A stretch of 64,000 nt of DNA from Alphaproteobacteria bacterium (GCA_041397865.1 JAWKVT010000003.1:22794-86793); one strand, 5' to 3'; shown: positions 49,057 through 59,432, counted from the stretch's first letter. The notes: a model not told the origin generated them from the letters alone. Numbers and translations are program-made.

Positions 49057-49778
49057 GTGATAAACAAAAAGGCGCATTCATTATCACGCAGTTGCAAAAT
49101 GAAGGCTCATGCACATTAGGAAAAATCCTTCATGATCGCGGGCTCCGTATAAAAACGCGCAATGCGCCGCGCATAGATTTAAGCGAGATTGACCCGCTGC
49201 GCCCTGATCTGCTCGTTATCATGGGCGGCCCGATCGGCGTATATCAGCAAGACGATTACCCGTTTCTCAAAGACGAAATCGAAATCCTCAAAACCCGCCT
49301 TGCCGCCGATAAACCGACAATCGGCATATGTTTAGGCTCGCAGCTTATGGCCGCAGCTTTAGGTTCGAAAGTATATCCCGGTAAAAAAGGCAAAGAGCTG
49401 GGCTGGGCCGCGTTGAACATAACCCAAGCCGGATATGATACACCGGCGCGTCATTTCGCTCCGGAAAAAACAAGCATGTTCCACTGGCACGGCGATACGT
49501 TTGATTTGCCCGCAGAGGCAACTTTACTGGCCTCTTCTGCGCAATACGAAAACCAGATTTTTCAGATCGGTCAAAATGCTCTAGGCTTGCAATGCCACCC
49601 CGAAGTGCGCGCGGATCAGTTGAAAGAATGGTTTGTCATGTTCACAGGCCAAATCACGGGCAAAAACCCACTCGTACCAATTGATGATTTACGGGCTCAA
49701 ACGGCGCGTAATATCGAAACGCTGAACATGCAGACCGAATTATTTTTTAATGAATGGCTTAAGCAACGGGATTTATAG
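49053..49778 (+). CDS. class I glutamine amidotransferase-like protein
   Basis: PTIGICLGSQLMAAALG (Cys nucleophile) and LGLQCHPE (His/Glu). Confidence 0.8.
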   Translation: MSDKQKGAFIITQLQNEGSCTLGKILHDRGLRIKTRNAPRIDLSEIDPLRPDLLVIMGGPIGVYQQDDYPFLKDEIEILKTRLAADKPTIGICLGSQLMAAALGSKVYPGKKGKELGWAALNITQAGYDTPARHFAPEKTSMFHWHGDTFDLPAEATLLASSAQYENQIFQIGQNALGLQCHPEVRADQLKEWFVMFTGQITGKNPLVPIDDLRAQTARNIETLNMQTELFFNEWLKQRDL

Positions 49779-49779
49779 A

Positions 49780-50463
49780 ATGAAAGAAATCGTACTCGAT
49801 ACTGAAACCACCGGCATGGATCCTAATGATGGCCACCGCATCGTTGAGATTGGCTGTGTGGAGCTTGAAAACCATATTCCCACGGGCAAGGCTCTCCAGT
49901 TTTATCTCAATCCCGAGCGCGACATTCCCGCCGAAGCCACGGCTGTCCACGGCATAACCAACGAATTTGTCGCAGATAAACCTGTCTTTTCGCAAATTTA
50001 CAGCGAATTTATGGAATTTATAGAAGGTGGCAGGCTTATCATCCACAACGCCGAATTCGATATGAAATTCATTAACTGGGAATTGGGGCAGGTTGGCCAC
50101 CCTGCGGTGAAATGGAGCAATGTTGTAGATACGCTGGCCATGGCCCGCAAGAAGTTTCCCGGATCTCCGGCCAATTTGGACGCGCTGTGTCGGCGTTTCG
50201 GCATTGATAATACCGGACGCACCTATCACGGAGCGCTTTTGGACTCTGAATTACTCGCAGAGGTTTATCTTGAGCTTTTAGGTGGCCGCCAACACGGCCT
50301 CAGCCTTGCCGCGCAATCGAGCGAAGCACAGCAGACGCAAAGCCAAACAACCAAAGCCAAACGAAAATTCAGGAAGCCGAGAGAACATAAACCCCTTGTA
50401 GAAGAATTGGCATCCCACAAAGAGCTTCTGGAAAAAATCAAAGACCCGCTTTGGAAAAAGTAG
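49780..50463 (+). CDS. dnaQ: DNA polymerase III subunit epsilon
   Basis: IVLDTETTG (ExoI), IHNAEFD (ExoII), HGALLDSELLAEVY (ExoIII). Start set at ATG 49780. Confidence 0.93.
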   Translation: MKEIVLDTETTGMDPNDGHRIVEIGCVELENHIPTGKALQFYLNPERDIPAEATAVHGITNEFVADKPVFSQIYSEFMEFIEGGRLIIHNAEFDMKFINWELGQVGHPAVKWSNVVDTLAMARKKFPGSPANLDALCRRFGIDNTGRTYHGALLDSELLAEVYLELLGGRQHGLSLAAQSSEAQQTQSQTTKAKRKFRKPREHKPLVEELASHKELLEKIKDPLWKK

Positions 50464-50468
50464 GCCCG

Positions 50469-50597
50469 TTAAAGATTTTGAATGGATTCGCCAGCGTTCT
50501 CAATATCCTGCCCAAGCCCGTCAATCGTATTACAAGCGCTCAAAGACGTGGAAAACACAATCAACCCGGCAATCAAAAGCAATGTTCTCATATTCAT
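50469..50597 (-). CDS. entericidin A/B family small lipoprotein
   Basis: 42-aa ORF absent from the ORF track: MNMRTLLLIAGLIVFSTSLSACNTIDGLGQDIENAGESIQNL. Lipobox LSAC plus CNT..G.G.DI...G..I, as in entericidins. AAGGAG lies upstream. Confidence 0.7.
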   Translation of the reverse strand: MNMRTLLLIAGLIVFSTSLSACNTIDGLGQDIENAGESIQNL

Positions 50598-50611
50598 AGT
50601 CTCCTTATTTC

Positions 50612-51163
50612 TTACTCGTCATTTTTAGATTTTTTAACAGATTTCTTTTTAGGCGCTTCTTCCTCTTGTAGATCTCTTTCAGCCTGGGCAATTTCATCCT
50701 TAAAGCGCTCCATATATAAAGCCCTGAAATCTACAGGGTTAAGAATAAGCGGTGGATATCCGCCCTGCGTAGTTAAATCGCTAACAATTTGGCGAACATA
50801 AGGAAACGCCAGCCGGGGAATTTCAATCAGCAATACGGCATGATGATTGTCTTCAGGAATATCGCTAAGCGCAACAGTCACGCCGTATTGCATTTCTAAA
50901 ATAAAAAGAGGCTGCTCTTCACTACGCTGCGCAACGGCGCGCAAATTCACAACGACCTCATAAAGATTATCCAGATCTTTATCCGGGAGCTTACGCGCAT
51001 CCATACCGATACTGATATCCATCTCCGGATTATCCAATCCGCTGCGCAAAGAGTCTGGCGCCATCGGATTTTCAAAAGAAATATCGCGTATATATTGCGC
51101 CAAAATATTAATCGGCATGGCCGATGTCGCAACACCTTCAGCCTCTGCGTTTGTATCACTCAT
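50612..51163 (-). CDS. secB: protein-export chaperone SecB
   Basis: INILAQYIRDISFENP..., ...FPYVRQIVSDLTTQGGYPPLILNPVDF. Start set at ATG 51163. Lys-rich C-terminal tail. Confidence 0.9.
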   Translation of the reverse strand: MSDTNAEAEGVATSAMPINILAQYIRDISFENPMAPDSLRSGLDNPEMDISIGMDARKLPDKDLDNLYEVVVNLRAVAQRSEEQPLFILEMQYGVTVALSDIPEDNHHAVLLIEIPRLAFPYVRQIVSDLTTQGGYPPLILNPVDFRALYMERFKDEIAQAERDLQEEEAPKKKSVKKSKNDE

Positions 51164-51232
51164 AAAACTCTCCAATTCATACCTAATATTGTGACTACCA
51201 CGTTTAAAGTCCCGCTTCAATTGAGATTGATC

Positions 51233-51691
51233 TTACCGATTCGTATCATCCCGTATTTCTTTATCCGGTTCGTCAACATGCTCATATTCACCCTCAAGAA
51301 TGTCAGGATCCTGGCGTTTATAAGATCCCGAAGAGGTAACAGACCAGCTTGTATATTGACGGATAAAGTGACGAAGCCCTGCGCGCACCGGTGGGATCAA
51401 CAGGGCAAAACCGATTGTATCTGTGACAAATCCGGGCGTAATCAGCAAGGCCCCGGCAGCCACCAGACAAAACCCGTCAAAAATAGCGTCCAGCGGCATT
51501 TTCCCCCGGTTCATCGCACTGCGCATAGTAATAAGGGTCTGTAAACCCTGATGCTTTACAAGCATCCCTCCGATGATGGCGGTAACAAAAGCAAGCGTAA
51601 GCGTTGTCCATATCCCTATATGTTCGCTTACGCTGGCGAAAACAGCCAGTTCAATAAAGGGAACCACAATAAAAATGATAATAAACGGCAT
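51233..51691 (-). CDS. fxsA: FxsA family membrane protein
   Basis: MPFIIIFIVVPFIELAVFASV... and LITPGFVTDTIGFALLIPPVR. Confidence 0.8.
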   Translation of the reverse strand: MPFIIIFIVVPFIELAVFASVSEHIGIWTTLTLAFVTAIIGGMLVKHQGLQTLITMRSAMNRGKMPLDAIFDGFCLVAAGALLITPGFVTDTIGFALLIPPVRAGLRHFIRQYTSWSVTSSGSYKRQDPDILEGEYEHVDEPDKEIRDDTNR

Positions 51692-51844
51692 ATTTATCCT
51701 TTGTTTAGGTGGTCAGAGCCTCAATCTAGGCCACTGACCGGTAAAACACAATCTGCGTCTTTTTAAGCTTTTATTGGACTTTTTGTGCTAATATGAACAT
51801 ATTGCTTTTGAGAATAGGATTTTACAAGGTAAGGGGCTTTTTTC

Positions 51845-52567
51845 GTGCCAGCAGATTTAATCGTTTACGCGCTTGTCGCCGCCGGACTTGTTGTCTGGCT
51901 GCGCAGTATTTTGGGAACCCGCCACGGCGAAGAGCGTGAGCGCCCAAGCCCGTATTTAAGCTCCGAACAACAAGACCCGGGACAGGGCGCCGCAACACAG
52001 GCGGAACACCCCATCGGCCCGGAAGAGCAAATTATAGCGCTGGCGAAAACCCCGCGCCGTAATTATGGTGTTGACAACAAAACCGCAGAAAACGGTCTGC
52101 TTGATATTGCCAGAATAGATAAAACATTCGACATCGACTTTTTCATGGAAGGCGCGCAGGATGCGTTTGCCATGATTGTCGAATCTTTTGCCGAAGGCGA
52201 CCTCGAAACGCTTAAAAATCTTTTAAGCCCTAGTGTTTATAACGCCTTTGAAGGCGCGGTTCTGGAGCGTCAAAAACGCAAGGAAACGGAAAACACTGAC
52301 ATACACGCAATCCGCAAAGCCATGGTCACGGCGGCGCGTCTTGAAGGAAAAACTGCCTACATCACCGTTCATTTCACGGCTGATGAAACCACGGTAACAC
52401 GAAATGAAAATGATGAAATCATAGCCGGAAACCCTGACAGAACCATTGAAATGCAGGACATCTGGACTTTTGGCCGCGATGTGAAGTCAAAAGATCCAAG
52501 CTGGCTTCTATACGAAACGCGCGGCGGTTTTGACGAAGATAACGATCGGATCCCCGATACACATTGA
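51845..52567 (+). CDS. Tim44-like domain protein
   Basis: N-terminal TM helix, then FDIDFFMEGAQDAFAMIVESFAEGDLETLKNLLSPSVYNAF..., typical of alphaproteobacterial Tim44 homologs. GTG start. Confidence 0.78.
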   Translation: MPADLIVYALVAAGLVVWLRSILGTRHGEERERPSPYLSSEQQDPGQGAATQAEHPIGPEEQIIALAKTPRRNYGVDNKTAENGLLDIARIDKTFDIDFFMEGAQDAFAMIVESFAEGDLETLKNLLSPSVYNAFEGAVLERQKRKETENTDIHAIRKAMVTAARLEGKTAYITVHFTADETTVTRNENDEIIAGNPDRTIEMQDIWTFGRDVKSKDPSWLLYETRGGFDEDNDRIPDTH

Positions 52568-52609
52568 TCCTGCTTTTTTCATCCGCAGTCCTGTGCTACA
52601 CATAGGCTC

Positions 52610-53746
52610 ATGCGCATTGTCTCGATAATTTTCTTATGGGTCTTGGCCGGATGTTCAAGCATTCCGGTGAAAGACAAACCGCCTGAACTTACATTGAAAC
52701 AGGTGGAGTTTTCCGATCTGCCCGGTTGGGCTGCGGACGATCTGAAAACGTTTGTTCCTGCATTTTCGAAAAGCTGTCAGCGTATCTTGAAGGCGCAGCC
52801 TGATGAACAGTTTGGAAGTTTGAAACAAGCTGGAACATACGGCGACTGGCAGCCGGTCTGCCGGAGTTTTCCCAATGTCGCTCCGCAAAGTTTAAAAGCA
52901 TTTTTTGAAAGTCGTTTCACGCCCTATCAGGTATTGGCTGATAACGATTCCGAAGGGCTGTTCACCGGCTATTATGAAGCCTCGCTGAAAGGCTCCCGCA
53001 TGCGCGGGGGGCCGTATCAAACCCCGCTATATGCCCGGGCCGATGATCTGGTTATGGTCCAGCTCGGCGAATTCCGTGAAGATTTAAAAGGCCGCCGCAT
53101 CGCCGGACGGGTGGTTGACGGTAAGCTTGTGCCCTATGAATCGCGCGAGGAAATCGTTAGTGGCAACTGGCCGCATAATGACAAAGTTCTGGTCTGGGTC
53201 GATGATCTCGTTGATGCGTTCTTCGTACAGATTCAAGGCTCCGGCGTTGTGGAGTTAGATGACGCCAGCACCATCCGTATCGGCTATGCCGGGCAAAACG
53301 GCCATGTTTACTACGCCATTGGGCGAGAGCTTATAAAGCGCGGGGCATTAACAAAAGAAAATGTCTCAATGCAGGCCATTCGCGATTGGCTCACCGCCAA
53401 CCCGAACGAGGCCGATGAGATTATGAACACCAACGCTTCTTACGTATTTTTTAAAGAACTGGAAGGCGAAGGACCGTTGGGCGGTGAAGGCGTGGCCTTA
53501 ACCGCTGGCCGCTCGCTGGCCGTAGATCACTCTCTTTTATCTTACGGCCTGCCGCTTTGGGCCGACATAGAAGCGCCGATTGAAGGCACTCAAAATATCC
53601 GCCGCCTCATGGTTGCGCAAGATACCGGCGGCGCAATTCGCGGCCCAGTGCGCGGCGATGTTTTCTGGGGTTACGGCACCCGCGCGGAAGCCCTCGCCGG
53701 GCCTATGAAGTCAAAAGGCCGCTATTGGGTTTTATTACCCCTATAA
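52610..53746 (+). CDS. mltA: murein transglycosylase A
   Basis: Lipobox VLAGCSS. MltA-specific and 3D-domain blocks (FFVQIQGSG, VAQDTGGAIRGPVRGDVFWG). Confidence 0.88.
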   Translation: MRIVSIIFLWVLAGCSSIPVKDKPPELTLKQVEFSDLPGWAADDLKTFVPAFSKSCQRILKAQPDEQFGSLKQAGTYGDWQPVCRSFPNVAPQSLKAFFESRFTPYQVLADNDSEGLFTGYYEASLKGSRMRGGPYQTPLYARADDLVMVQLGEFREDLKGRRIAGRVVDGKLVPYESREEIVSGNWPHNDKVLVWVDDLVDAFFVQIQGSGVVELDDASTIRIGYAGQNGHVYYAIGRELIKRGALTKENVSMQAIRDWLTANPNEADEIMNTNASYVFFKELEGEGPLGGEGVALTAGRSLAVDHSLLSYGLPLWADIEAPIEGTQNIRRLMVAQDTGGAIRGPVRGDVFWGYGTRAEALAGPMKSKGRYWVLLPL

Positions 53747-53769
53747 CGGCCTGAAATGAAAATGTTACA

Positions 53770-54423
53770 TTAAAACCGGTATGAAACACCGGCTCCGACA
53801 ACATATGGATCAAGTTCTATATCTGAAAGAATAGTATTGCCGTTCAGACTGGCATCAACATCCAGATAAACTTTTTTGACATCAAGGTTGAGACCCCAGT
53901 GATCATTAAGCCAGTAATCAAACCCGGCCTGTAAAGCGAAACCAAAACCACCCTCAATATCCAAATCTGTAAAACCGGCTCCGGAATTTTCACCGTAAAA
54001 GATAGAGTAATTAACGCCCGCGCCAAAATAAGGGCTGAAATCGCGACCTTTAAGCGGGTGGTATTGCAATGTAACCGTAGGTGGCAATGCCCAGGCATCA
54101 CCCAGATCTGTATTACCGTTGTAATACACGTCATGCGGTGTAGTTGCGGCAATTGCCTCAATGGCAATTTTATCTGTAATAAAATAGGTAAGGTCGACTT
54201 CCGGCATAACGGGGGACTCATCAACATCCGTCTTGCCGCCGATATTCACGCTGGAATCGTCATCAGGCGCAAGAACGATCCCGCGTAAGCGAACTTGGAA
54301 CCGCTCCTTATCCCACAGCGATTCAAAGTCCGAACCCGCATAAGCCGCAGCATTAATAAAAAAACTTGTAAAAAAGACGGCGCCGACACCGGCAACGCCT
54401 ATGGCCTTGAAAAAAGCTTTCAT
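53770..54423 (-). CDS. ompW: OmpW family outer-membrane protein
   Basis: Signal peptide. LPPTVTLQYHP, PYFGAGVNYSIF, GFALQAGFDYWL, C-terminal ...GVSYRF. Confidence 0.85.
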   Translation of the reverse strand: MKAFFKAIGVAGVGAVFFTSFFINAAAYAGSDFESLWDKERFQVRLRGIVLAPDDDSSVNIGGKTDVDESPVMPEVDLTYFITDKIAIEAIAATTPHDVYYNGNTDLGDAWALPPTVTLQYHPLKGRDFSPYFGAGVNYSIFYGENSGAGFTDLDIEGGFGFALQAGFDYWLNDHWGLNLDVKKVYLDVDASLNGNTILSDIELDPYVVGAGVSYRF

Positions 54424-54575
54424 TCCTCTCTCCCAAAAAGTGAAAATTCAAAAGACTTATTGAAAATAAATACGCAGGAAACAAAGATCAGTATGTGCAG
54501 CATACACAGACCAAAGTTAAAAAAATCTTAAACTATACAAGAGTATAAATCCATACTAACTAACATTTCTGTATA

Positions 54576-55616
54576 TCAGTAAGGAACCGGATAATCGCGC
54601 CGAACCGCTTCTATGTCCTTTAAAACTTCACTCGATAAATTGATATCAATCGAGGCAATATTGGTCTTTAATTGCGCCATCGTGGTCGCGCCGATAAGTG
54701 TCGAAGTCACAAACGGTTTCGCGTTCACAAAGGCCAGCGCCATCTGGCACACATCAAGCCCATGCCGTTCAGCCACCTTCACATACGCTTTCACAGCCGC
54801 ATTGCATTGTGCGGTCAGGCGTTGTTCGGGCCGCGCATCCAGATCAATGCGTGTGCGCTTGGGCCGCGCCCCGTCAATATATTTCCCGCTTAAAATCCCG
54901 CGAGACAGCGGCGACCAGGCCAAAAGCCCGCAATCCTCCGCCACCGCGATCTCCTGTAAATCCGTTTCAAACAAACGGCAGAGCAGCGAATATTCATTCT
55001 GAATAGAGGCCATGCGCGGCAGCTCTTTTTCTTCGGCAAGCCGCAAGCATTTGCTCATCCCCCACGCTGTTTCATTCGACAATCCGATATGACGGATTTT
55101 CCCCGCAGTAATAAGCTCTTGCATGGTTTCAAGCACTTCAATGAAGTTTTCTTCTTCGGCCTTCACATCAAAGCTTGGCGCATAACCCCAATGCTGCTGA
55201 AAATGATATGACCCCCGGTTGGGCCAGTGAAGCTGGTAAAGATCAATATAATCCGTTTGCAACCGCTTGAGCGAACCTTCAACGGCTTCCAGAATATTCT
55301 TCCGGTCAATCCGTGCTTTCCCGCCGCGAATCCACGGCAATGCAGGTCCGGCAATTTTACTGGCCAGAATAACTTTATCGCGGCATCCTCGCGCAGAAAA
55401 CCACGATCCGATAATCTCTTCCGTCTTCCCGCAAGTTTCCGCAGAGGGCGGAACAGCGTACATTTCCGCCGTATCAAAAAAATTGATTCCTTGATCCAGC
55501 GCATAATCCATCTGCGCATGGCCTTCTTCTTCGGTATTCTGATTACCCCATGTCATGGTGCCAAGGCCGATTAAACTAACCTCTAGGCCTGTACGGCCCA
55601 ATTTACGATATTGCAT
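54576..55616 (-). CDS. NADP(H)-dependent aldo/keto reductase (Tas/YajO-like)
   Basis: MQYRKLGRTGLEVSLIGLGTMTWG, FFDTAEMY, IDLYQLHWP and IGLSNET. Confidence 0.9.
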   Translation of the reverse strand: MQYRKLGRTGLEVSLIGLGTMTWGNQNTEEEGHAQMDYALDQGINFFDTAEMYAVPPSAETCGKTEEIIGSWFSARGCRDKVILASKIAGPALPWIRGGKARIDRKNILEAVEGSLKRLQTDYIDLYQLHWPNRGSYHFQQHWGYAPSFDVKAEEENFIEVLETMQELITAGKIRHIGLSNETAWGMSKCLRLAEEKELPRMASIQNEYSLLCRLFETDLQEIAVAEDCGLLAWSPLSRGILSGKYIDGARPKRTRIDLDARPEQRLTAQCNAAVKAYVKVAERHGLDVCQMALAFVNAKPFVTSTLIGATTMAQLKTNIASIDINLSSEVLKDIEAVRRDYPVPY

Positions 55617-55640
55617 GAAAAATCCTTATATGGGTAATAG

Positions 55641-56300
55641 CTATAAAATCGGTTTGCGGAACAAATCGGTTTCGATCTGCAAATTTTTAAGGCTGTCCGG
55701 TAGCGGGTAAGGAATAGTCAAGTCCGGCGGATTTTGCAAAATGACAGGAAGAATCTTGTTAAAAAGCTCAACACGTTCCGGGTCAACCTCCCGGCGGTTG
55801 ATTGTAATACGCTCAACAGCAGAGCCCATAACCTCGTCGGGACGGAAATTGCATTGAATGCTCTCCATCCGGTATTCGCCGAAAGCATCAAGCTGCGTGT
55901 ACCATATCCGCACATAGTCACCAAAATCATCAACTGTACTAATACGCAAATCTTTAGGAAACTGGACATGAAGCTCAAGAAAAACCTTGCAAACGCCAAA
56001 GGTTAACCCGGCTTTATAAGGCACGAACAAACCGTAGGCAAACCAGCTAAAAAGCGCTAGCCCTGCTAGTGCGCCTCCTCTTGTAAAAAGTTTTTTACGC
56101 TTAAGTTTTTGCGTTGCCGCCATCTTGCTGTTTGCCAACGCAATTTCAACTTCATCTGGCGCAATTTCAGTTTTTTTTGATGCCGCCTTGGCCTTCGCTT
56201 TTGCTTTCAAGGCTATGCGCTCAGCTCTGTCCATAATTTCCGCGCCGAGCGTTGCGCCGCCGTCTTCAGTGTTATCGTCGTCTTTCGGTGTGTCGCTCAT
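55641..56300 (-). CDS. hypothetical single-pass membrane protein, last gene of the icm-like block
   Basis: 219-aa ORF starting 10 nt after the icmB-like stop. Acidic and Lys/Ala-rich N-terminus, TM segment GGALAGLALFSWFAYGLFV. No motif recognised. Confidence 0.5.
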   Translation of the reverse strand: MSDTPKDDDNTEDGGATLGAEIMDRAERIALKAKAKAKAASKKTEIAPDEVEIALANSKMAATQKLKRKKLFTRGGALAGLALFSWFAYGLFVPYKAGLTFGVCKVFLELHVQFPKDLRISTVDDFGDYVRIWYTQLDAFGEYRMESIQCNFRPDEVMGSAVERITINRREVDPERVELFNKILPVILQNPPDLTIPYPLPDSLKNLQIETDLFRKPIL

Positions 56301-56310
56301 GGCTTTTCCG

Positions 56311-59300
56311 TCAGGTTAACTTAACCCGTTTACCGGCCTCTTCCTTTTGCGAAGCTTTGCTGTGTTCAACCATTTCTTCGACGATTTCTTCAATAATCGT
56401 ACTGATCATGGCCGCTCTGGCCTCGCCGTCTTCGCTGCGCGCCAAAACGCGGCGGCGTATTTCACTGCGTGCGCTTCCTCCGGGATAGCTTGCCGCCAGA
56501 ACCTGCCGCGCCCGTCCTGCGCCAAGCTTGTTATAAAGTCTGTTTCGTATGGCCACATCTTCGGAAGAAGTTGATAAGGCCCAAAGTTCGATAGGGCCAA
56601 GTGTGCTGTATAGATGCTGCTCATAACGGCCTTCGGTCGATCCCAAAACAAACAGGCAGGGCGCACCTGTTGATTTTGGCCCGGTCAGCTTATGGCGGAT
56701 AACCGCACGCGCGGTTTCGGATAGCCCAAAACGCTCAACAACATTATCAACCGCTTTATCGGAAATCGCCGTGCCCAAAACCCACACACCTGTGGCCAGA
56801 TCGACCATATCCTGAGAAAAGTCATCTATAAGTTGAGAGGTCAGCACGATCTGGACTCCGCGCTTCCGCCCTTCGCGGACATCGCGGATAACCTGATTGC
56901 GTACAGAGCTTGATTTACTGGTTCTGTGAAATTCGTCGTAGCACAAACGTTTTGGAGATTCCGCAAGCTCCTGTAAGCGCATTTCATGATATTCCCGGTA
57001 TCTTTGCGGTACAAATTGTACGGCTTCCGGCCCCATCCACCAACTTCGCACCAATGCATGACGCGCCAGCATGTACATGATAGATGTTTGCCGGTCTGCC
57101 GTTTCATCGCCTTGAGGCGCAACATCCATAAGATCCAAAGAGCATACACGCGAATCGGCAATGTCGAACTGGGTAACGGAAGACAGGATGGGATATTCAC
57201 GAATGGCCGAAGTCACCATACGTTCAAACGCGCTGACAACGGTTTCAGCGCTAAAACCAACGGATGTTTCCTCAAGAAGCGTTCTGATTTGCGGCCTGCG
57301 CGAAGCCGTAATCGAATCATTCAGCGTTGGTACGGCATGACGTTGTGCAAGGTTTGCAATATGATATTGCCCAAGGTCGAACATCTTATCGACAATATCC
57401 CACCAATACGGGTCCGCCGGTAAATGAACGTTAAACTTAAGCAAAGCCTCATCAACCTCGGCCTCAAGACGTGGAAGATAGGGCCGCGGTTCTGCATTGG
57501 CTTCATTATCGTTACGCCAGCGATACATTTCATCGACCACAAGCCCGGCCATTTGCTGCATCCCGTCATAAGGTTTATCATAGCCCGGAGGCGTACACAG
57601 CAACGTCAAAAGTTCGGTAAGATAGCTGCGCTCATCAGGCAAAGGGCTGCGGCAGCCAAGCTGCGTATCAAAAGGATTGATCGCAAACTGGTGGTTCATC
57701 TGTAACCGGTAATAGGTGGCTTCATGCTGGCGGTTCAGCGGCAAAGCTTCACGGATAAGAGAGATAAGTCCCGAAGATGAAGGACCGATGTCAATAACGG
57801 CAACATAGGGAAGCTTGCTAAGACCCGGAGAAAGACAGGTTCCCAGATTAAGCGTATTAAGCAAAACGGATTTCCCGGCGCCGGGTTGTGCAAAAATCAA
57901 ATCGAACCATGTCGTCGTGATATTGGTTCCCGTCTGATAGGGCCAGACTTTACCATCAGGCGTACGGAAAAGCATGGAGCCGCCCTCTGTAAAGGGACTG
58001 GAAGGACGCTGCCACGGTAGAAGCTTCATAACTTCAATCATGGGGGCAATGCCCGTGGGGGCCGATCCGGCGCAATGGATTCCCATCGCAGAAGACATAA
58101 TGCAATCAAGCGGATCGCCGGAAAACTCGCTAACCTGCGCATAACCCCAACTCTCTATAGCTTGCAGAAGAATGGAAAGCCGATCGAGTATTTCATCTTT
58201 TTCTTCAATAACGCACCATGTTGCAAAAGAGACGCGCAAACGCACAACAGGCTCACTTCTGGCCATAGCCTGCAAGCCCTCCAGAGAATACTTAACCTGT
58301 TTATTAACGGCATTTGTAGGCCCCATAATGGTCGCCAAAAATGTACGCATCTGTGTTGCATAAATGCCGCCGCCTTCAATCAGGAAAGAAATACGGAAAG
58401 GAATATCGGCCTCAACAAGACGGTTCAAAAGCCGAGGAAAAGCCATAGCATCCATAGGACCAAGGGTCATGTCCCCCCCGGCCCAGAACAAATTTCCGAT
58501 CCGGCAAACGGATTTACCTAAAACTTTCGCATCACCGGCAACAATCTGATTCGGAATATTGGGCCAGAGAAGATCGGACATATCAATTTTATTTGTCGGC
58601 GCGCGTGCAGGAATGGGATCGCCCGGCAGGCAGGCCCGCCAGCTTTGATTTGCGCGGTCGGGAAACAGATTGCTTCGCACAGCATTAAGAGCTTTATGAA
58701 CCTCCATCAGGTCTCCGCTGAGTCCCATTTCATCTAGCGCGCCAAGAACGGCGGAAACAAAGCTTTTATGCCGGGTTCGTAAAGGCTCAAGAGCGGCAAA
58801 TGGATATTGCGATCCCGATGCGTTAACCCACTCTTTTGCATTTTCCTTGGAATCTTTAGCTGAGCGATCAATTTCACTTTTTGTCAGAATGCTCGGACGT
58901 GTCCAAAGTACAAAATAAGCCTCCTCATGGCTTAAAAACCGTTGCAAATGCGAAATACGCTCACTAATCAAATCGTCAAGTTCCAAACCTATATTGTCTG
59001 CGGAAATACGAACCGGACGAACCAGAGAGTTTAAAACTTGCCCGATACGGCCTGGGTCGCGGACATAGTAAACCTGCATGGCATGGCCTTGACGATCAAA
59101 TCGGGAACCGATCTTAATCGTTGAGGCTTCGACAATATTATTATACTCCTCTTCCCCGATAATCTGTTTACTGCCCTCAATCTTTATATAAGACACAAGA
59201 GAGCCATCGGTCGAAACAAGCGATGTATCGCTATCGGCCGTTTCCAGGTTAATAAAAGACGATATCGACTGGCGCATCGCCTTTTGAAACGGCGCAAGTA

Positions 59301-59319
59301 TTTTTTGCAAAGTGTTCAT
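56311..59319 (-). CDS. icmB: type IVB secretion ATPase IcmB/DotO-like
   Basis: 1002 aa, close to the roughly 1000 aa of DotO/IcmB as I recall. N-terminal ...INLETADSDTSLVSTDGSLVSYIKIEG..., Walker A FAQPGAGKSVLLNTL. Lies directly downstream of icmJ- and icmD-like genes, as in Legionella. Confidence 0.8.
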   Translation of the reverse strand: MNTLQKILAPFQKAMRQSISSFINLETADSDTSLVSTDGSLVSYIKIEGSKQIIGEEEYNNIVEASTIKIGSRFDRQGHAMQVYYVRDPGRIGQVLNSLVRPVRISADNIGLELDDLISERISHLQRFLSHEEAYFVLWTRPSILTKSEIDRSAKDSKENAKEWVNASGSQYPFAALEPLRTRHKSFVSAVLGALDEMGLSGDLMEVHKALNAVRSNLFPDRANQSWRACLPGDPIPARAPTNKIDMSDLLWPNIPNQIVAGDAKVLGKSVCRIGNLFWAGGDMTLGPMDAMAFPRLLNRLVEADIPFRISFLIEGGGIYATQMRTFLATIMGPTNAVNKQVKYSLEGLQAMARSEPVVRLRVSFATWCVIEEKDEILDRLSILLQAIESWGYAQVSEFSGDPLDCIMSSAMGIHCAGSAPTGIAPMIEVMKLLPWQRPSSPFTEGGSMLFRTPDGKVWPYQTGTNITTTWFDLIFAQPGAGKSVLLNTLNLGTCLSPGLSKLPYVAVIDIGPSSSGLISLIREALPLNRQHEATYYRLQMNHQFAINPFDTQLGCRSPLPDERSYLTELLTLLCTPPGYDKPYDGMQQMAGLVVDEMYRWRNDNEANAEPRPYLPRLEAEVDEALLKFNVHLPADPYWWDIVDKMFDLGQYHIANLAQRHAVPTLNDSITASRRPQIRTLLEETSVGFSAETVVSAFERMVTSAIREYPILSSVTQFDIADSRVCSLDLMDVAPQGDETADRQTSIMYMLARHALVRSWWMGPEAVQFVPQRYREYHEMRLQELAESPKRLCYDEFHRTSKSSSVRNQVIRDVREGRKRGVQIVLTSQLIDDFSQDMVDLATGVWVLGTAISDKAVDNVVERFGLSETARAVIRHKLTGPKSTGAPCLFVLGSTEGRYEQHLYSTLGPIELWALSTSSEDVAIRNRLYNKLGAGRARQVLAASYPGGSARSEIRRRVLARSEDGEARAAMISTIIEEIVEEMVEHSKASQKEEAGKRVKLT

Positions 59320-59432
59320 ATAGAATGTTTATTCATTTCTTCTTAAAAGACTACCACAGATAAATATAGCCAAGATCACGCCTGCATCCTAGGGGTTTAA
59401 AGAGAAAGAGGAACTTTTTGCCCGAATAAAAA

